Origin: an uncultured archaeon
Lineage (GTDB): Archaea; Iainarchaeota; Iainarchaeia; Iainarchaeales; VGJJ01
Assembly (NCBI GenBank): GCA_964363635.1
Contig: CAYIIU010000002.1
Coordinates: 768-64,767 of the forward strand
DNA: 64,000 nt
Direction of reading: 5' to 3'
The notes beneath the pieces were generated by a model, which saw only the letters and a list, made by a program, of their open reading frames with translations, did no database searches and was not told where the DNA came from. Of the stretch, positions 16,719 to 25,182 are shown piece by piece (position 1 is the stretch's first letter; each line of letters opens with the position of its first letter). A program made the translations under genes and the position numbers.

Positions 16719-17462
16719 TTATAACTTTTGAAGCAGGTCAATCACTTTATTTGGGTCTGTTTTTAGCATGGTAGATGCATTGCTAATCGTTCCGTCGATG
16801 GTGAATCGTTCTAATTTCTCTTTGAATTTTTGCACTGCTTTTTTGTTTAACCCTTTGGTTCGTATTCGATGCCCATTTTCGATGAGCCAGCTACGGGGGT
16901 CGCTGTTGAGCAGTGCATAAAGGTCAGCAATATCTTTCGTGCGCTTGAAACTGTCTCGTCGTTCGGGGGTTGATTTTAGTTTCATTTGGATTAGAATTTT
17001 GGACGAGGGCACCATAATCTGAATATCGTTGATTTGGATATAGGCTCGTTCTTTTTCAAAGACTTTCTTAAGCAGCGGTTCAGGCATCACATGTTCCATT
17101 TTGATAGGAGTTGCAATGTCCACGTAGATAATTGAAGTAAAGTGAAAAGGATGAGTTTTGGTTTCGATCAAACTCAATTCTCTTTCGGTTTCACTGTCAA
17201 AGTATCGTGCCCACCGAAAGGTGGAATGGGGATGAAAACCCATTCTCCTTAGTTTTTCCTCAACGGAACGGAGGGTTATTTTGGTTGGATCAAAGAAAAT
17301 ATCAATATCACGAGAACCCATATGTTCCACTCCATTATTTTTTAGGGTGTAATGGACGGCCCACCCTCCCATAAGACCAATGTCTTTCCTTTCTTCCGAG
17401 TTTAGACTCTGGAAGAACACGTAGAGCAGTTCATCGGACTTTTCAATCATCAACTTTTCCAT
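16719..17462 (-). CDS. Nucleotidyltransferase-fold protein (AbiEii-like putative toxin)
   Basis: GLMGGWAVHYTL...GSRDIDIFFDP is a G(G/S)...DxD NTase motif. A C-terminal KRTKDIADLYALL follows. It is 7 nt downstream of a wHTH-like partner. Confidence 0.55.
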   Translation of the reverse strand: MEKLMIEKSDELLYVFFQSLNSEERKDIGLMGGWAVHYTLKNNGVEHMGSRDIDIFFDPTKITLRSVEEKLRRMGFHPHSTFRWARYFDSETERELSLIETKTHPFHFTSIIYVDIATPIKMEHVMPEPLLKKVFEKERAYIQINDIQIMVPSSKILIQMKLKSTPERRDSFKRTKDIADLYALLNSDPRSWLIENGHRIRTKGLNKKAVQKFKEKLERFTIDGTISNASTMLKTDPNKVIDLLQKL

Positions 17463-17469
17463 GTGAACA

Positions 17470-18219
17470 TCACAACCGGTTGTTTAACCATTTTTCGATG
17501 AGAAAATGGGCATGCTCTTCCGCCAATCCCCCAAAACTTAGTAGGTCGGCTAATAGAATGGGGGCAGGGGCCACTGAAAAACCCTTTAACTTTGTTGCAT
17601 TCCGGAAGAAAGATTCTTGGGATGACGATAAGAGAGGAATAAGGAAAAGGTTTGCTTGGTTTTTGGATGCCTTCAGGAATTTCTGGGAGAGGAGGTACTT
17701 ATTCCAGTTTTCTTCCTCGTCCTTGTGGATATAGGTATGTACTTGATCGGTTTTCACGTAGGGGTGATAGAGTTCGCTTCCAGCGAAAAGAGTGAACGCG
17801 TAAGGAAGTTTAGATGCGTGAATCACTTTCAAGGTCTTTGAAAAATCGTGAGGCGAATAATAATTGTTCGTCTTCAAACTGGCGAATGGTCGAGCCAATG
17901 AAATGAGTTTGAGAATGTCATTTACCTTTGTCACGCGATACTCAGTAGTTTTGCTATCCTTTACTACGTGTCCATTTTTCTCCAGCTCTTTTACAAATGT
18001 AAAAGTGGGGCCATACGTCAAGGCCTTATCCTGGTCAGAAAAGGAAGCCTTTTTGGAAACGTGGCTCTTTTCCTTACGATTCCCTTCGGCTGCTTTCTTT
18101 TGTAGCTCGTAAATACTCCACTTTTTCTCCTTATTCTTCAGCATCCACAAGAGAGATGCCAATCGCTTTTCGGTAAGCTCGAGCATACTATATTCGTTTA
18201 ACGAATAGTATATAAACAT
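17470..18219 (-). CDS. Putative wHTH partner (AbiEi-like antitoxin or regulator) of the NTase
   Basis: The N-terminal SLLWMLKNKEKKWSIYELQKKAA...NGHVVKDSKTTEYRVTKV has a winged-helix-like pattern, and the gene is operonic with 16719..17462. Confidence 0.4.
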   Translation of the reverse strand: MFIYYSLNEYSMLELTEKRLASLLWMLKNKEKKWSIYELQKKAAEGNRKEKSHVSKKASFSDQDKALTYGPTFTFVKELEKNGHVVKDSKTTEYRVTKVNDILKLISLARPFASLKTNNYYSPHDFSKTLKVIHASKLPYAFTLFAGSELYHPYVKTDQVHTYIHKDEEENWNKYLLSQKFLKASKNQANLFLIPLLSSSQESFFRNATKLKGFSVAPAPILLADLLSFGGLAEEHAHFLIEKWLNNRL

Positions 18220-18288
18220 AGCGAATACCTCATTTTGATCCTATTTCACAATAGGATGGAATTATTAAGTCTAACCAGTTGTATTATT

Positions 18289-18352
18289 CAACGATAAAAA
18301 GGCATCGAAAAACAAGCTTTCGAATTCTATTTGGGAGGCGCGTTCGCTGCGT
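18289..18352 (+). repeat. Islet junction repeat ending in the tRNA-Ser 3'-end core
   Basis: CAACGATAAAAAGGCATCGAAAAACAAGCTTTCGAATTCTATTTGGGAGGCGCGTTCGCTGCGT has a near-identical copy at 19213-19276. Its start, ATAAAAAGGCATCGAAAAA, also occurs at 1242-1260. Confidence 0.8.
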
Positions 18353-18365
18353 TTCCCTTTTCTTT

Positions 18366-18764
18366 TCAGACTTCCACCATTTGTATTTCTATTCCGTCCA
18401 AATCGGTTTGGGGTAGTACGGTTTGTTTGTTTTTCTTGAGTTCGATGAGTCGTCTGCCGGATAGGTAGTGTAAGTCTCGGCTGATAGCTTCGGTTTTTCG
18501 GTCTAATTGTTTGGCAATCTCGCTCACACCTTTCGTTTGCTTTTGATGCTTCAACTGTATCAAATAGCGCAAGAGATCAAGACGGGCGGGTGAGAGCATC
18601 TGATGTAATTGCTCATACGAATCCACGTACACCATTTTTTGGGGTTGGAGAATGGCTTTATCAGGATTCTCGAAAAATTCCATCTCATCCTTTTCCATGT
18701 CTCCTCCAATGACTATCGTCAAGAGATTTTTCTTGTTCATCTTTTCACTTTTCTTCATAGACAA
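18366..18764 (-). CDS. Winged-helix DNA-binding protein
   Basis: LSPARLDLLRYLIQLKHQKQTKGVSEIAKQLDRKTEAISRDLHYLSGRRLIELKK is an ArsR/MarR-type wHTH pattern. Confidence 0.6.
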   Translation of the reverse strand: MSMKKSEKMNKKNLLTIVIGGDMEKDEMEFFENPDKAILQPQKMVYVDSYEQLHQMLSPARLDLLRYLIQLKHQKQTKGVSEIAKQLDRKTEAISRDLHYLSGRRLIELKKNKQTVLPQTDLDGIEIQMVEV

Positions 18765-18806
18765 TTACTTAACTTTAAAGTTAATAAACCTATTGGGCAA
18801 CTGCCA

Positions 18807-19166
18807 TTAAGGTTTATCGGTAAGATATTTTTGGATATAACGTTCTCGATAGTTTAGCCAGTTTTCGAGAATATCCTTTCGGCAACGGCGAACGAGGTCT
18901 GGGGTAATGGGTTCATCACTGTCAATCACTTTGGCATGGGGTCCCTCATAGTAATTATGCACGTGATATTTTCCGTGCGCACAATCGTGCTTCTTGACTT
19001 CGTAAACAACCCCTTCAAAGTCATACCACTGAATCACCACGAATTTGATGACCTGCTTGGTTTCGGTGTCCAACTGAACTTCCGTAAAAATATGGTCGTC
19101 TGTTGCCCTTGGTAATAACTTGGTCTTTTGATGCCAAACAAAACCCATTTCCAAACACCTTTGCAA
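18807..19166 (-). CDS. Hypothetical 119-aa protein with a His-rich core, upstream partner of the wHTH gene (possible TA-like pair)
   Basis: It contains KKHDCAHGKYHVHNYYEGPH and has a two-gene arrangement with 18366..18764. The family assignment is not secure. Confidence 0.4.
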   Translation of the reverse strand: MQRCLEMGFVWHQKTKLLPRATDDHIFTEVQLDTETKQVIKFVVIQWYDFEGVVYEVKKHDCAHGKYHVHNYYEGPHAKVIDSDEPITPDLVRRCRKDILENWLNYRERYIQKYLTDKP

Positions 19167-19212
19167 CTGAGAATCAACGATAGGATTATTAAGAATAAGG
19201 AAAATAATTTCT

Positions 19213-19276
19213 CAACGATAAAAAAGCATCGAAAAACAAGCTTTCAAATTCTATTTTGGAAGCGCGTTCGCTGCGT
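19213..19276 (+). repeat. Second copy of the islet junction repeat ending in the tRNA-Ser 3'-end core
   Basis: CAACGATAAAAAAGCATCGAAAAACAAGCTTTCAAATTCTATTTTGGAAGCGCGTTCGCTGCGT. Composition becomes more G+C-rich immediately after it. Confidence 0.8.
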
Positions 19277-19339
19277 ACCGATTAGGCAATAATTACATTT
19301 CACCCGCTCGCTTTTATACTTCGCCAATTTAACTATCTG

Positions 19340-19882
19340 ATGACCACGTCTCCTGGTAATGGACCGCGATTTAATTCACGGCGCAAAGGAATGCGGCGCG
19401 TTGGATTATCGAATACTAATCACCCTGTTGGACCCTTTCGTCCTGTAAAAGAAGAAGCGCGTTTAAGTGTCGGACTCGAAGAAAGAGTGACATCCCACAT
19501 TCGAAGGAGCAAGAGGCGTTTTTTTGGGAGATTAGGTTTATTGTTTGGAGCGGGTGTTGCAGGCACATCCGCCACGCTCATGATTAAAGACCGGGAATTG
19601 GCTGAAAAAGTTCGTATGGCAATAGGTATACTCTATACGGTTGGATCAGCCAGCTTTCTCCATTCATCTATTTCCAAACAGCAACGCGGAAAAGAAGTAG
19701 AAGAAATCACCCGCGCTTTAAACGAGGAGGCGCGCCGCAACAAAAAATTATCCGAAATGGCAGAACAATACGCGTATGTAGCTATTAACAAAAATGGAAA
19801 AATGTGGGGGACGAATCACCCGAAGTTAGCCATGGCTCTGCGCGATGCCCTTGTCATCTCAAGCGGAAAAATACTTTCCTAG
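19340..19882 (+). CDS. Hypothetical protein with one predicted TM segment
   Basis: 180-aa ORF with an ATG start, a basic N-terminus and the hydrophobic stretch LGLLFGAGVAGTSATLMI. Confidence 0.5.
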   Translation: MTTSPGNGPRFNSRRKGMRRVGLSNTNHPVGPFRPVKEEARLSVGLEERVTSHIRRSKRRFFGRLGLLFGAGVAGTSATLMIKDRELAEKVRMAIGILYTVGSASFLHSSISKQQRGKEVEEITRALNEEARRNKKLSEMAEQYAYVAINKNGKMWGTNHPKLAMALRDALVISSGKILS

Positions 19883-19942
19883 GCAAAGTAGATCATCCAT
19901 TAAACCAACCATTTATTATCAGCTAACAAATGAAATAGTATC

Positions 19943-20353
19943 ATGCTAACCAGCTGCATCTTTTGCCAAATCGTCTCGGGAAAAACCCCTTGCCACAAGA
20001 TTTACGAGGACAAAAAATATCTCGCATTTTTGGACATCCGTCCGATTGCTCCCGGCCACGTTTTAGTGGTGCCCAAAAAACATTCGCAGGATTTGCTGCA
20101 TGCTGCTCCCACCGAGCAAAAAGGACTGCTTGAAATAGCAGTCAAAATTGCGCCGGCCATTTTGCGTGCAACGGGCGCGAGCGCGTTCAACATCGGAATC
20201 AACACGGGAAAAGAATCCGGACAGGTTGTTTTTCACACGCACGTGCACATCATTCCGCGTACGGCCAAAGATGGAATAAAATCATGGGAAAATCTTTCAA
20301 GTAAAACACTTGATTTAGCTAGAATTGCCGAGCAAATACGTCTGAAAATGTAA
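19943..20353 (+). CDS. HIT-family (histidine triad) protein
   Basis: It has CIFCQI near the N-terminus and the triad HTHVHIIPR. Confidence 0.9.
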   Translation: MLTSCIFCQIVSGKTPCHKIYEDKKYLAFLDIRPIAPGHVLVVPKKHSQDLLHAAPTEQKGLLEIAVKIAPAILRATGASAFNIGINTGKESGQVVFHTHVHIIPRTAKDGIKSWENLSSKTLDLARIAEQIRLKM

Positions 20354-20389
20354 ATTCTTTTTAAGGTTGAGAACCCTACCCTGCGTCAG

Positions 20390-20941
20390 ATGGCCGAAAA
20401 GTCGTTTAATTGCCAAATGGACATTGCGTTCGCACACACACGGGATGGCCGGCCGGAACTGTACGACTTTTTGTGGGAACACTTGCCCAACCTCATGAGC
20501 ACGCTTCACGAGAAAAAAATAACGGTAAAAATTCAACCCCCAGGTTTGATGGGGGCGTGGGCCAAACTTTCCGGAATGAAACGAGAAGAAGTGAATCACT
20601 TGATTCAAAAAGTAGTGGAGGATAAACGCTTCCATGCGGACGCTCAAATCATTCATGGGCCGGCTTCCTCCGCGCTTGAACTGAATGTGCGCGCCGACCA
20701 ATTGGACCACTTGCTTAATGCATACAATGTCCTGCTCGAACGATTACTCCCTTATTTGACTGTGGAAGGAAAAAATATTCGAATTGATTTTTCGCCGACC
20801 GAAAAAAATGCAGTAAAATGCTATTCCACTTCGGCAGACAAACCGCTTATCAACACTTTTTTAGTTCGAAACTTTCCCCGCGCCCCGCGCGTACGGAGCA
20901 TTGTGTTTGCCACTCTAGACGAGCGAAGGCGGGTGCGTTGA
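20390..20941 (+). CDS. Hypothetical protein
   Basis: 183-aa ORF with coding-like composition. No motif was recognised. Confidence 0.45.
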   Translation: MAEKSFNCQMDIAFAHTRDGRPELYDFLWEHLPNLMSTLHEKKITVKIQPPGLMGAWAKLSGMKREEVNHLIQKVVEDKRFHADAQIIHGPASSALELNVRADQLDHLLNAYNVLLERLLPYLTVEGKNIRIDFSPTEKNAVKCYSTSADKPLINTFLVRNFPRAPRVRSIVFATLDERRRVR

Positions 20942-20976
20942 ACGTGTACGTGAATGGAAACCGGACTACCGCATTG

Positions 20977-21456
20977 ATGCATCTGCTCACGCTCAACGAA
21001 TTGCACCGGATGCGCGTGAATGGAGTGTGGCCGATCGTCCGTATGAGTAGCGAAGAATCTGTTTTGCTGCACGCGGGAAGGCAGACCCCCAAAGAAGGAA
21101 AGTTTGATTTTTTGGTGGAAACGCCCCAAAAAAGAATTGGATTTGAAGTGCTGACACGTCCGAGCAAAGGAAAGATATTGAAAAAGTTTGCGTACCGCGA
21201 TGAAGTGGACCAATTTGTTTTTGTGATCCCCCACGATGCGTTGATGCCCTACCACCGCACCTCCCCCAATCATGGATGGAAAATCAGGCCGCGCTACCTG
21301 CCCGCGTCATTCGGCGAAAAGGGATTGTACACGTGGCTGGTGGATTTGGATAAGCAAGCGATTGTTGCCAAACTTCCTTTTTCTAAAATCTATTACGTGG
21401 AAGAAGAGAAAGCGAATGGAAAAGGGAAAAAACATTCCACCAAAAGAAGACAATAA
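20977..21456 (+). CDS. Hypothetical protein (start trimmed to ATG 20977)
   Basis: The track ORF 20818..21456 overlaps the previous gene. The first in-frame ATG after its stop gives MHLLTLNELHRMRVNG.... The C-terminus is Lys-rich. Confidence 0.45.
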   Translation: MHLLTLNELHRMRVNGVWPIVRMSSEESVLLHAGRQTPKEGKFDFLVETPQKRIGFEVLTRPSKGKILKKFAYRDEVDQFVFVIPHDALMPYHRTSPNHGWKIRPRYLPASFGEKGLYTWLVDLDKQAIVAKLPFSKIYYVEEEKANGKGKKHSTKRRQ

Positions 21457-21682
21457 ATGGCCGCTAACCTGCGGCCGTGCGGAAAAATTTTGAGGGATTG
21501 TAAATCCCTCAAGAAGCTGTCCTGAATTTACGAACGAAACCTTTTTCCAGCCGTTTCTTAAACGTCTAGTGTCAATGGATAATACAAGGCCTGTTTCGGC
21601 AGGCCGCGTCGACAGACTATTATCGAGGGTTTGCCACTGCAAACCCTCATATAGGCTTTTGATCAAACTTTTGCAAAAGTTT

Positions 21683-21760
<78 letters not shown>

Positions 21761-21878
21761 TCATCCATGACCAAATTCCATATGGTCGTTCGGAGTAGGG
21801 TTATTGCTGCTGCAATAACCCATGTTTTTCTTTTGACTGGACGTCTACTTTTCTTTTTATAAAAAAGAAAAGGAGTGT

Positions 21879-21900
21879 GTTCTGAATCCCATCCGGGGTG
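21879..21900 (+). repeat. Degenerate duplicate of the tRNA-Arg 3' end
   Basis: GTTCTGAATCCCATCCGGGGTG compares with GTTCAAATCCCATCCGGGGCG of the tRNA and lies 118 nt downstream of its 3' end. Confidence 0.75.
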
Positions 21901-21946
21901 TTATTGAGTGTACGTCATTTTTATTGCCACTAGCGTTTCTCTTTTC

Positions 21947-22876
21947 ATGAAACGCTACTTCCTCGCGGCCGTTCTTTCCGTGCTGGCGTTCTCCACGATT
22001 GGGCCGTTTGTCAAATTGCTCTCACCGGATTTGCCGCTGCCGCTCATCACATTCGGGCGGGCATTTTTGGGATTCATTTTTGTTTTGTTGATTGTCAAAA
22101 AAGCTCACTTTCGCGTGGAAAAATTCCACTGGAACGATGTGCAGGATTATGCGTTTGTGGGATTCATGCTCGCGATGACGATGAGCTTGTACAATTATGC
22201 ATTCACCCTTTCTCCATTGGCGGATGTGGTGCTGTTGAATTATTCCCACGTGTTCATCGCACCCATCTTCGCATGGTTTTTGCTGCGGGAAAAAATGGAT
22301 GTTCACGCGTGGCTGTTTATCGCCGCGGGATTTATTGGCGTGGCGATTGTCAATCCATTTTCAGGAACGAGTTTGGATGGAAATCTTTCCGCGCTGGGGG
22401 CGGGGTTGACGTATGCTATCATGGCCGTGTACATGCGGAAAGTCGACAAGCACCACGGATTAGGGGATGTGGCGTACTTCTTAGGATTCGCTGCTCTTTT
22501 CCTATTTCCTTGGGCACTAGTTAATTTCGGCGGAACATTCACATGGGAGGGTTTGGCGCTGCTGGTTTTTGCAGGAATCGTGTCAACGGGGCTAGGATAT
22601 TTTTTCTTCAACTATGCATTGGAGGGGCTGCGCGTGCACGTGGTATCCACTCTCGATTTAGCATTGGGAACCGTGGTGGGAGTCATTTTGAGCGTGTATG
22701 CGTATCACGAGCCCCTCACTCCTAACCTCCTGCTGGGCGGCCTTATCATTGTGAGTTCGGGGCTTCTTTTTATGCGCGCTCAACACCTGTTGAACGTGCG
22801 TTTAAAACTTCCGTGGAGTAAGACTGGTATCTATGCTACTGGCTTTTTATCAAAAAAAGTTCGCCGAAAACATTAG
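21947..22876 (+). CDS. EamA/DMT-family transporter
   Basis: It is a roughly 10-TM protein with two EamA-like halves. The preferred start is MKRYFLAAVLSVLAFS at ATG 21947; the track start is GTG 21908. Confidence 0.75.
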   Translation: MKRYFLAAVLSVLAFSTIGPFVKLLSPDLPLPLITFGRAFLGFIFVLLIVKKAHFRVEKFHWNDVQDYAFVGFMLAMTMSLYNYAFTLSPLADVVLLNYSHVFIAPIFAWFLLREKMDVHAWLFIAAGFIGVAIVNPFSGTSLDGNLSALGAGLTYAIMAVYMRKVDKHHGLGDVAYFLGFAALFLFPWALVNFGGTFTWEGLALLVFAGIVSTGLGYFFFNYALEGLRVHVVSTLDLALGTVVGVILSVYAYHEPLTPNLLLGGLIIVSSGLLFMRAQHLLNVRLKLPWSKTGIYATGFLSKKVRRKH

Positions 22877-24557
22877 CCTAGCGCTCTTTGCCCTGCATGC
22901 TGCGCCGGCAGAAGAAACATTGCTTATTTCTACCATGGTTCGCCCCCCCTCCGCAGAGAAGGGAGATTTGTCCATTCCTGTTTTTAGATTCATGCCTGCG
23001 GGACAGAACCCTGCCGCATTTGCACAGGGGCTTGTGCATCACTTGAAAACGGATGATGATTTTTCCAAATTTGAATCGGTGGGGCCGTACGTGAATGCTT
23101 TTTTCAACGCGGAAACGTATGCCAAAAAAATCATCGAAAATGCCGGACAGGCTCCTGCAGTGCCGGGAAAAGACTCTCCCTTAGTGATGGTGGAGTATGC
23201 CTCTCCCAACACGAACAAACCCTTGCATGTGGGTCATTTGCGCAACCTTGCATTAGCCAAAAGCATCATTCGTTTGTTTGAACACGAAGGAAATCGTGTC
23301 GTGAAAGTGCAGGTGATTAATGATAGAGGAGTGCATATCTGCAAAAGTATGTTAGCGTACCAAAAGTGGGGACGCGGAACTACGCCTGAAAAAGAAAAGA
23401 TGAAATCCGACCATTTAGTCGGGAAGTTTTACACGGAATTCACGCTGCGTGCGGTCGTGGAACCGATGCTTGAAGACGAAGCTCAAGCCATGTTAGTCAA
23501 GTGGGAAAACGGCGATGTGGAAACGAGAAAGATTTGGCGCTTGATGAATGATTGGGCCGAAAAAGGGTTGTTTGAAACGTACGCGGCATTCGGCTCCGAA
23601 TTTGACAAAAATTATTACGAGAGCGAATTTTATTCCAAAGGAAAAGAAGTGGTGATGAAAGCGTTTGCGGAAGGAAAATTGGAAAAAGCCGAGAATGGGG
23701 CGATTATGGTTCCACTGAAGAAATACAACTTGCCGGACAAGCCCGTGATTCGCGGGGATGGAACGAGCTTGTATTTCACGCAGGATATTTACCTCGCGAT
23801 GAAGCGATTCGAAGAGTATCCTGATTTGGACCGCATCGTGTACATCGTTGCCAGCGAGCAGGAGATGCATTTTAGGCAATTGTTTGCGACGCTGGATCTT
23901 TTGGGCGTGGAGCAGGCCGAGAAGTGCTATCATTTAGGGTATAATTTACTTACGCTTCCCACCGGGAAGATGTCCTCGCGCCACGGAAATGTGGTGAACG
24001 CGGACGATTTGATGGGCGAGTTAGAAGAGCTGGCCGTGAACGAGTATGATATACGCAATCCTGAATTAGGAGATGAGGAAATTGCCCGCCGCGCCAAAGT
24101 CATTTCCCTTTCGGCGCTGAAATTTTTCCTCGTGAAGCAGGACGCGAAAAAGGAATTGATTTTTGACCCAAAAGAAAGTCTCTCGTTCGAGGGGCAGACC
24201 GGGCCGTATTTGCTGTACACGACCGCACGCATACTATCAATTTTGCGCAAATCATTGCACACACCTGATTTGTCGCTGGCAAAATTGCTCATCACCCCGC
24301 TGGAAAAAGAATTGCTTACGCTGCTTTCTCAAAAGGAAGAGATGATCGCCGATTCATTAAAGCATTATTCCCCGCACATTTTAGGACATTATCTTTTGAA
24401 TTTGGCGAACACGTTCAACACGTACTACCACGAAACCAAAATCATTCAGGAGAATGAAGACTTGGAAAAAGCCCGCCTCGCGCTGGTGAACGCCGTGCGT
24501 CAAGTGTTGGAAGAGGGGCTGTATTTGCTCGGCGTGGAAACGCTGCGCGAGATGTGA
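22833..24557 (+). CDS. argS: Arginyl-tRNA synthetase
   Basis: Class I HIGH region SPNTNKPLHVGHLRN, a KMSK-like GKMSSRHGN, and a C-terminal anticodon-binding domain ending ...LGVETLREM. Confidence 0.9.
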   Translation: MLLAFYQKKFAENISLALFALHAAPAEETLLISTMVRPPSAEKGDLSIPVFRFMPAGQNPAAFAQGLVHHLKTDDDFSKFESVGPYVNAFFNAETYAKKIIENAGQAPAVPGKDSPLVMVEYASPNTNKPLHVGHLRNLALAKSIIRLFEHEGNRVVKVQVINDRGVHICKSMLAYQKWGRGTTPEKEKMKSDHLVGKFYTEFTLRAVVEPMLEDEAQAMLVKWENGDVETRKIWRLMNDWAEKGLFETYAAFGSEFDKNYYESEFYSKGKEVVMKAFAEGKLEKAENGAIMVPLKKYNLPDKPVIRGDGTSLYFTQDIYLAMKRFEEYPDLDRIVYIVASEQEMHFRQLFATLDLLGVEQAEKCYHLGYNLLTLPTGKMSSRHGNVVNADDLMGELEELAVNEYDIRNPELGDEEIARRAKVISLSALKFFLVKQDAKKELIFDPKESLSFEGQTGPYLLYTTARILSILRKSLHTPDLSLAKLLITPLEKELLTLLSQKEEMIADSLKHYSPHILGHYLLNLANTFNTYYHETKIIQENEDLEKARLALVNAVRQVLEEGLYLLGVETLREM

Positions 24558-24583
24558 CGGTTGAAAAAGTATTATTCATTATT

Positions 24584-24736
24584 CGGGCTTTTTAGAAAAA
24601 AGCCCGGGGAAAAAGGTTAATACCTCGCCCTTTAGGGCGACATGCGTCGCCCCATTGTTTGGCGAGCGAGAACGCGAGCAAGTGACGTTCATGCACTATT
24701 GGATACCCCGGCCTTTAGGCCGGGGAGGAAGTCATT
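24584..24736 (+). mobile_element. MITE copy B
   Basis: It has the same architecture as copy A: CGGGCTTTTTAGAAAAAAGCCCG ... GATACC-TCGCCC-TTTA-GGGCGA ... GATACC-CCGGCC-TTTA-GGCCGG-GGAGGAAGTCATT. It sits between the argS stop (24557) and the stop of the convergent gene (24740). Confidence 0.75.
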
Positions 24737-24739
24737 TTT

Positions 24740-25123
24740 TTAATTTCGTAAATCATTTGCAATGGCGATGCACTTGTTGCTAACACATTGCGCCGCCGCG
24801 TTGGTTGGTTCCCCGCAATAAATCGCAAGGCAGACAATCCCTCCGTCTCTTTCGCTGACGTAACTGCAATACGTTTGTTTTTGGAATTCAAATTGCTTTG
24901 ATGCGACGCTGTTGTTCAACGCAATCATGGGGCACGAACAACAATTAGGTGTAGTAATTATTTTACAATCCGAATCAGCTTGGCAGAATGTCATTTCGGG
25001 CGTGACCACGGGCATGGTTGGTGCGGGTGACCCGCTGAAGAAAAGGAGATACCCTGCGAGGCTGACGATAACAACGGCTAAAATCATGAATGCAGGGGAA
25101 TGAACATTTTTTTGTTTTGGCAT
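24740..25123 (-). CDS. Membrane-anchored Cys-rich hypothetical protein
   Basis: An N-terminal TM helix is followed by an extracytoplasmic domain with about 10 Cys (CQADSDCKIITTPNCCSCP...). Confidence 0.55.
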   Translation of the reverse strand: MPKQKNVHSPAFMILAVVIVSLAGYLLFFSGSPAPTMPVVTPEMTFCQADSDCKIITTPNCCSCPMIALNNSVASKQFEFQKQTYCSYVSERDGGIVCLAIYCGEPTNAAAQCVSNKCIAIANDLRN

Positions 25124-25182
25124 TATTTATTTGGATTATTGGGCTTTAAAATCGCCGTTGTTTCTGAAATAGTCTGCCAAAA

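Noticed and set aside
20821-21273. Minus-strand ORFs (150 and 105 aa) opposite 20977..21456.
   Set aside because: They overlap two co-directional plus-strand ORFs and translate to Arg/His-rich low-complexity sequence. Confidence in the plus-strand genes is only moderate, so this call is tentative.
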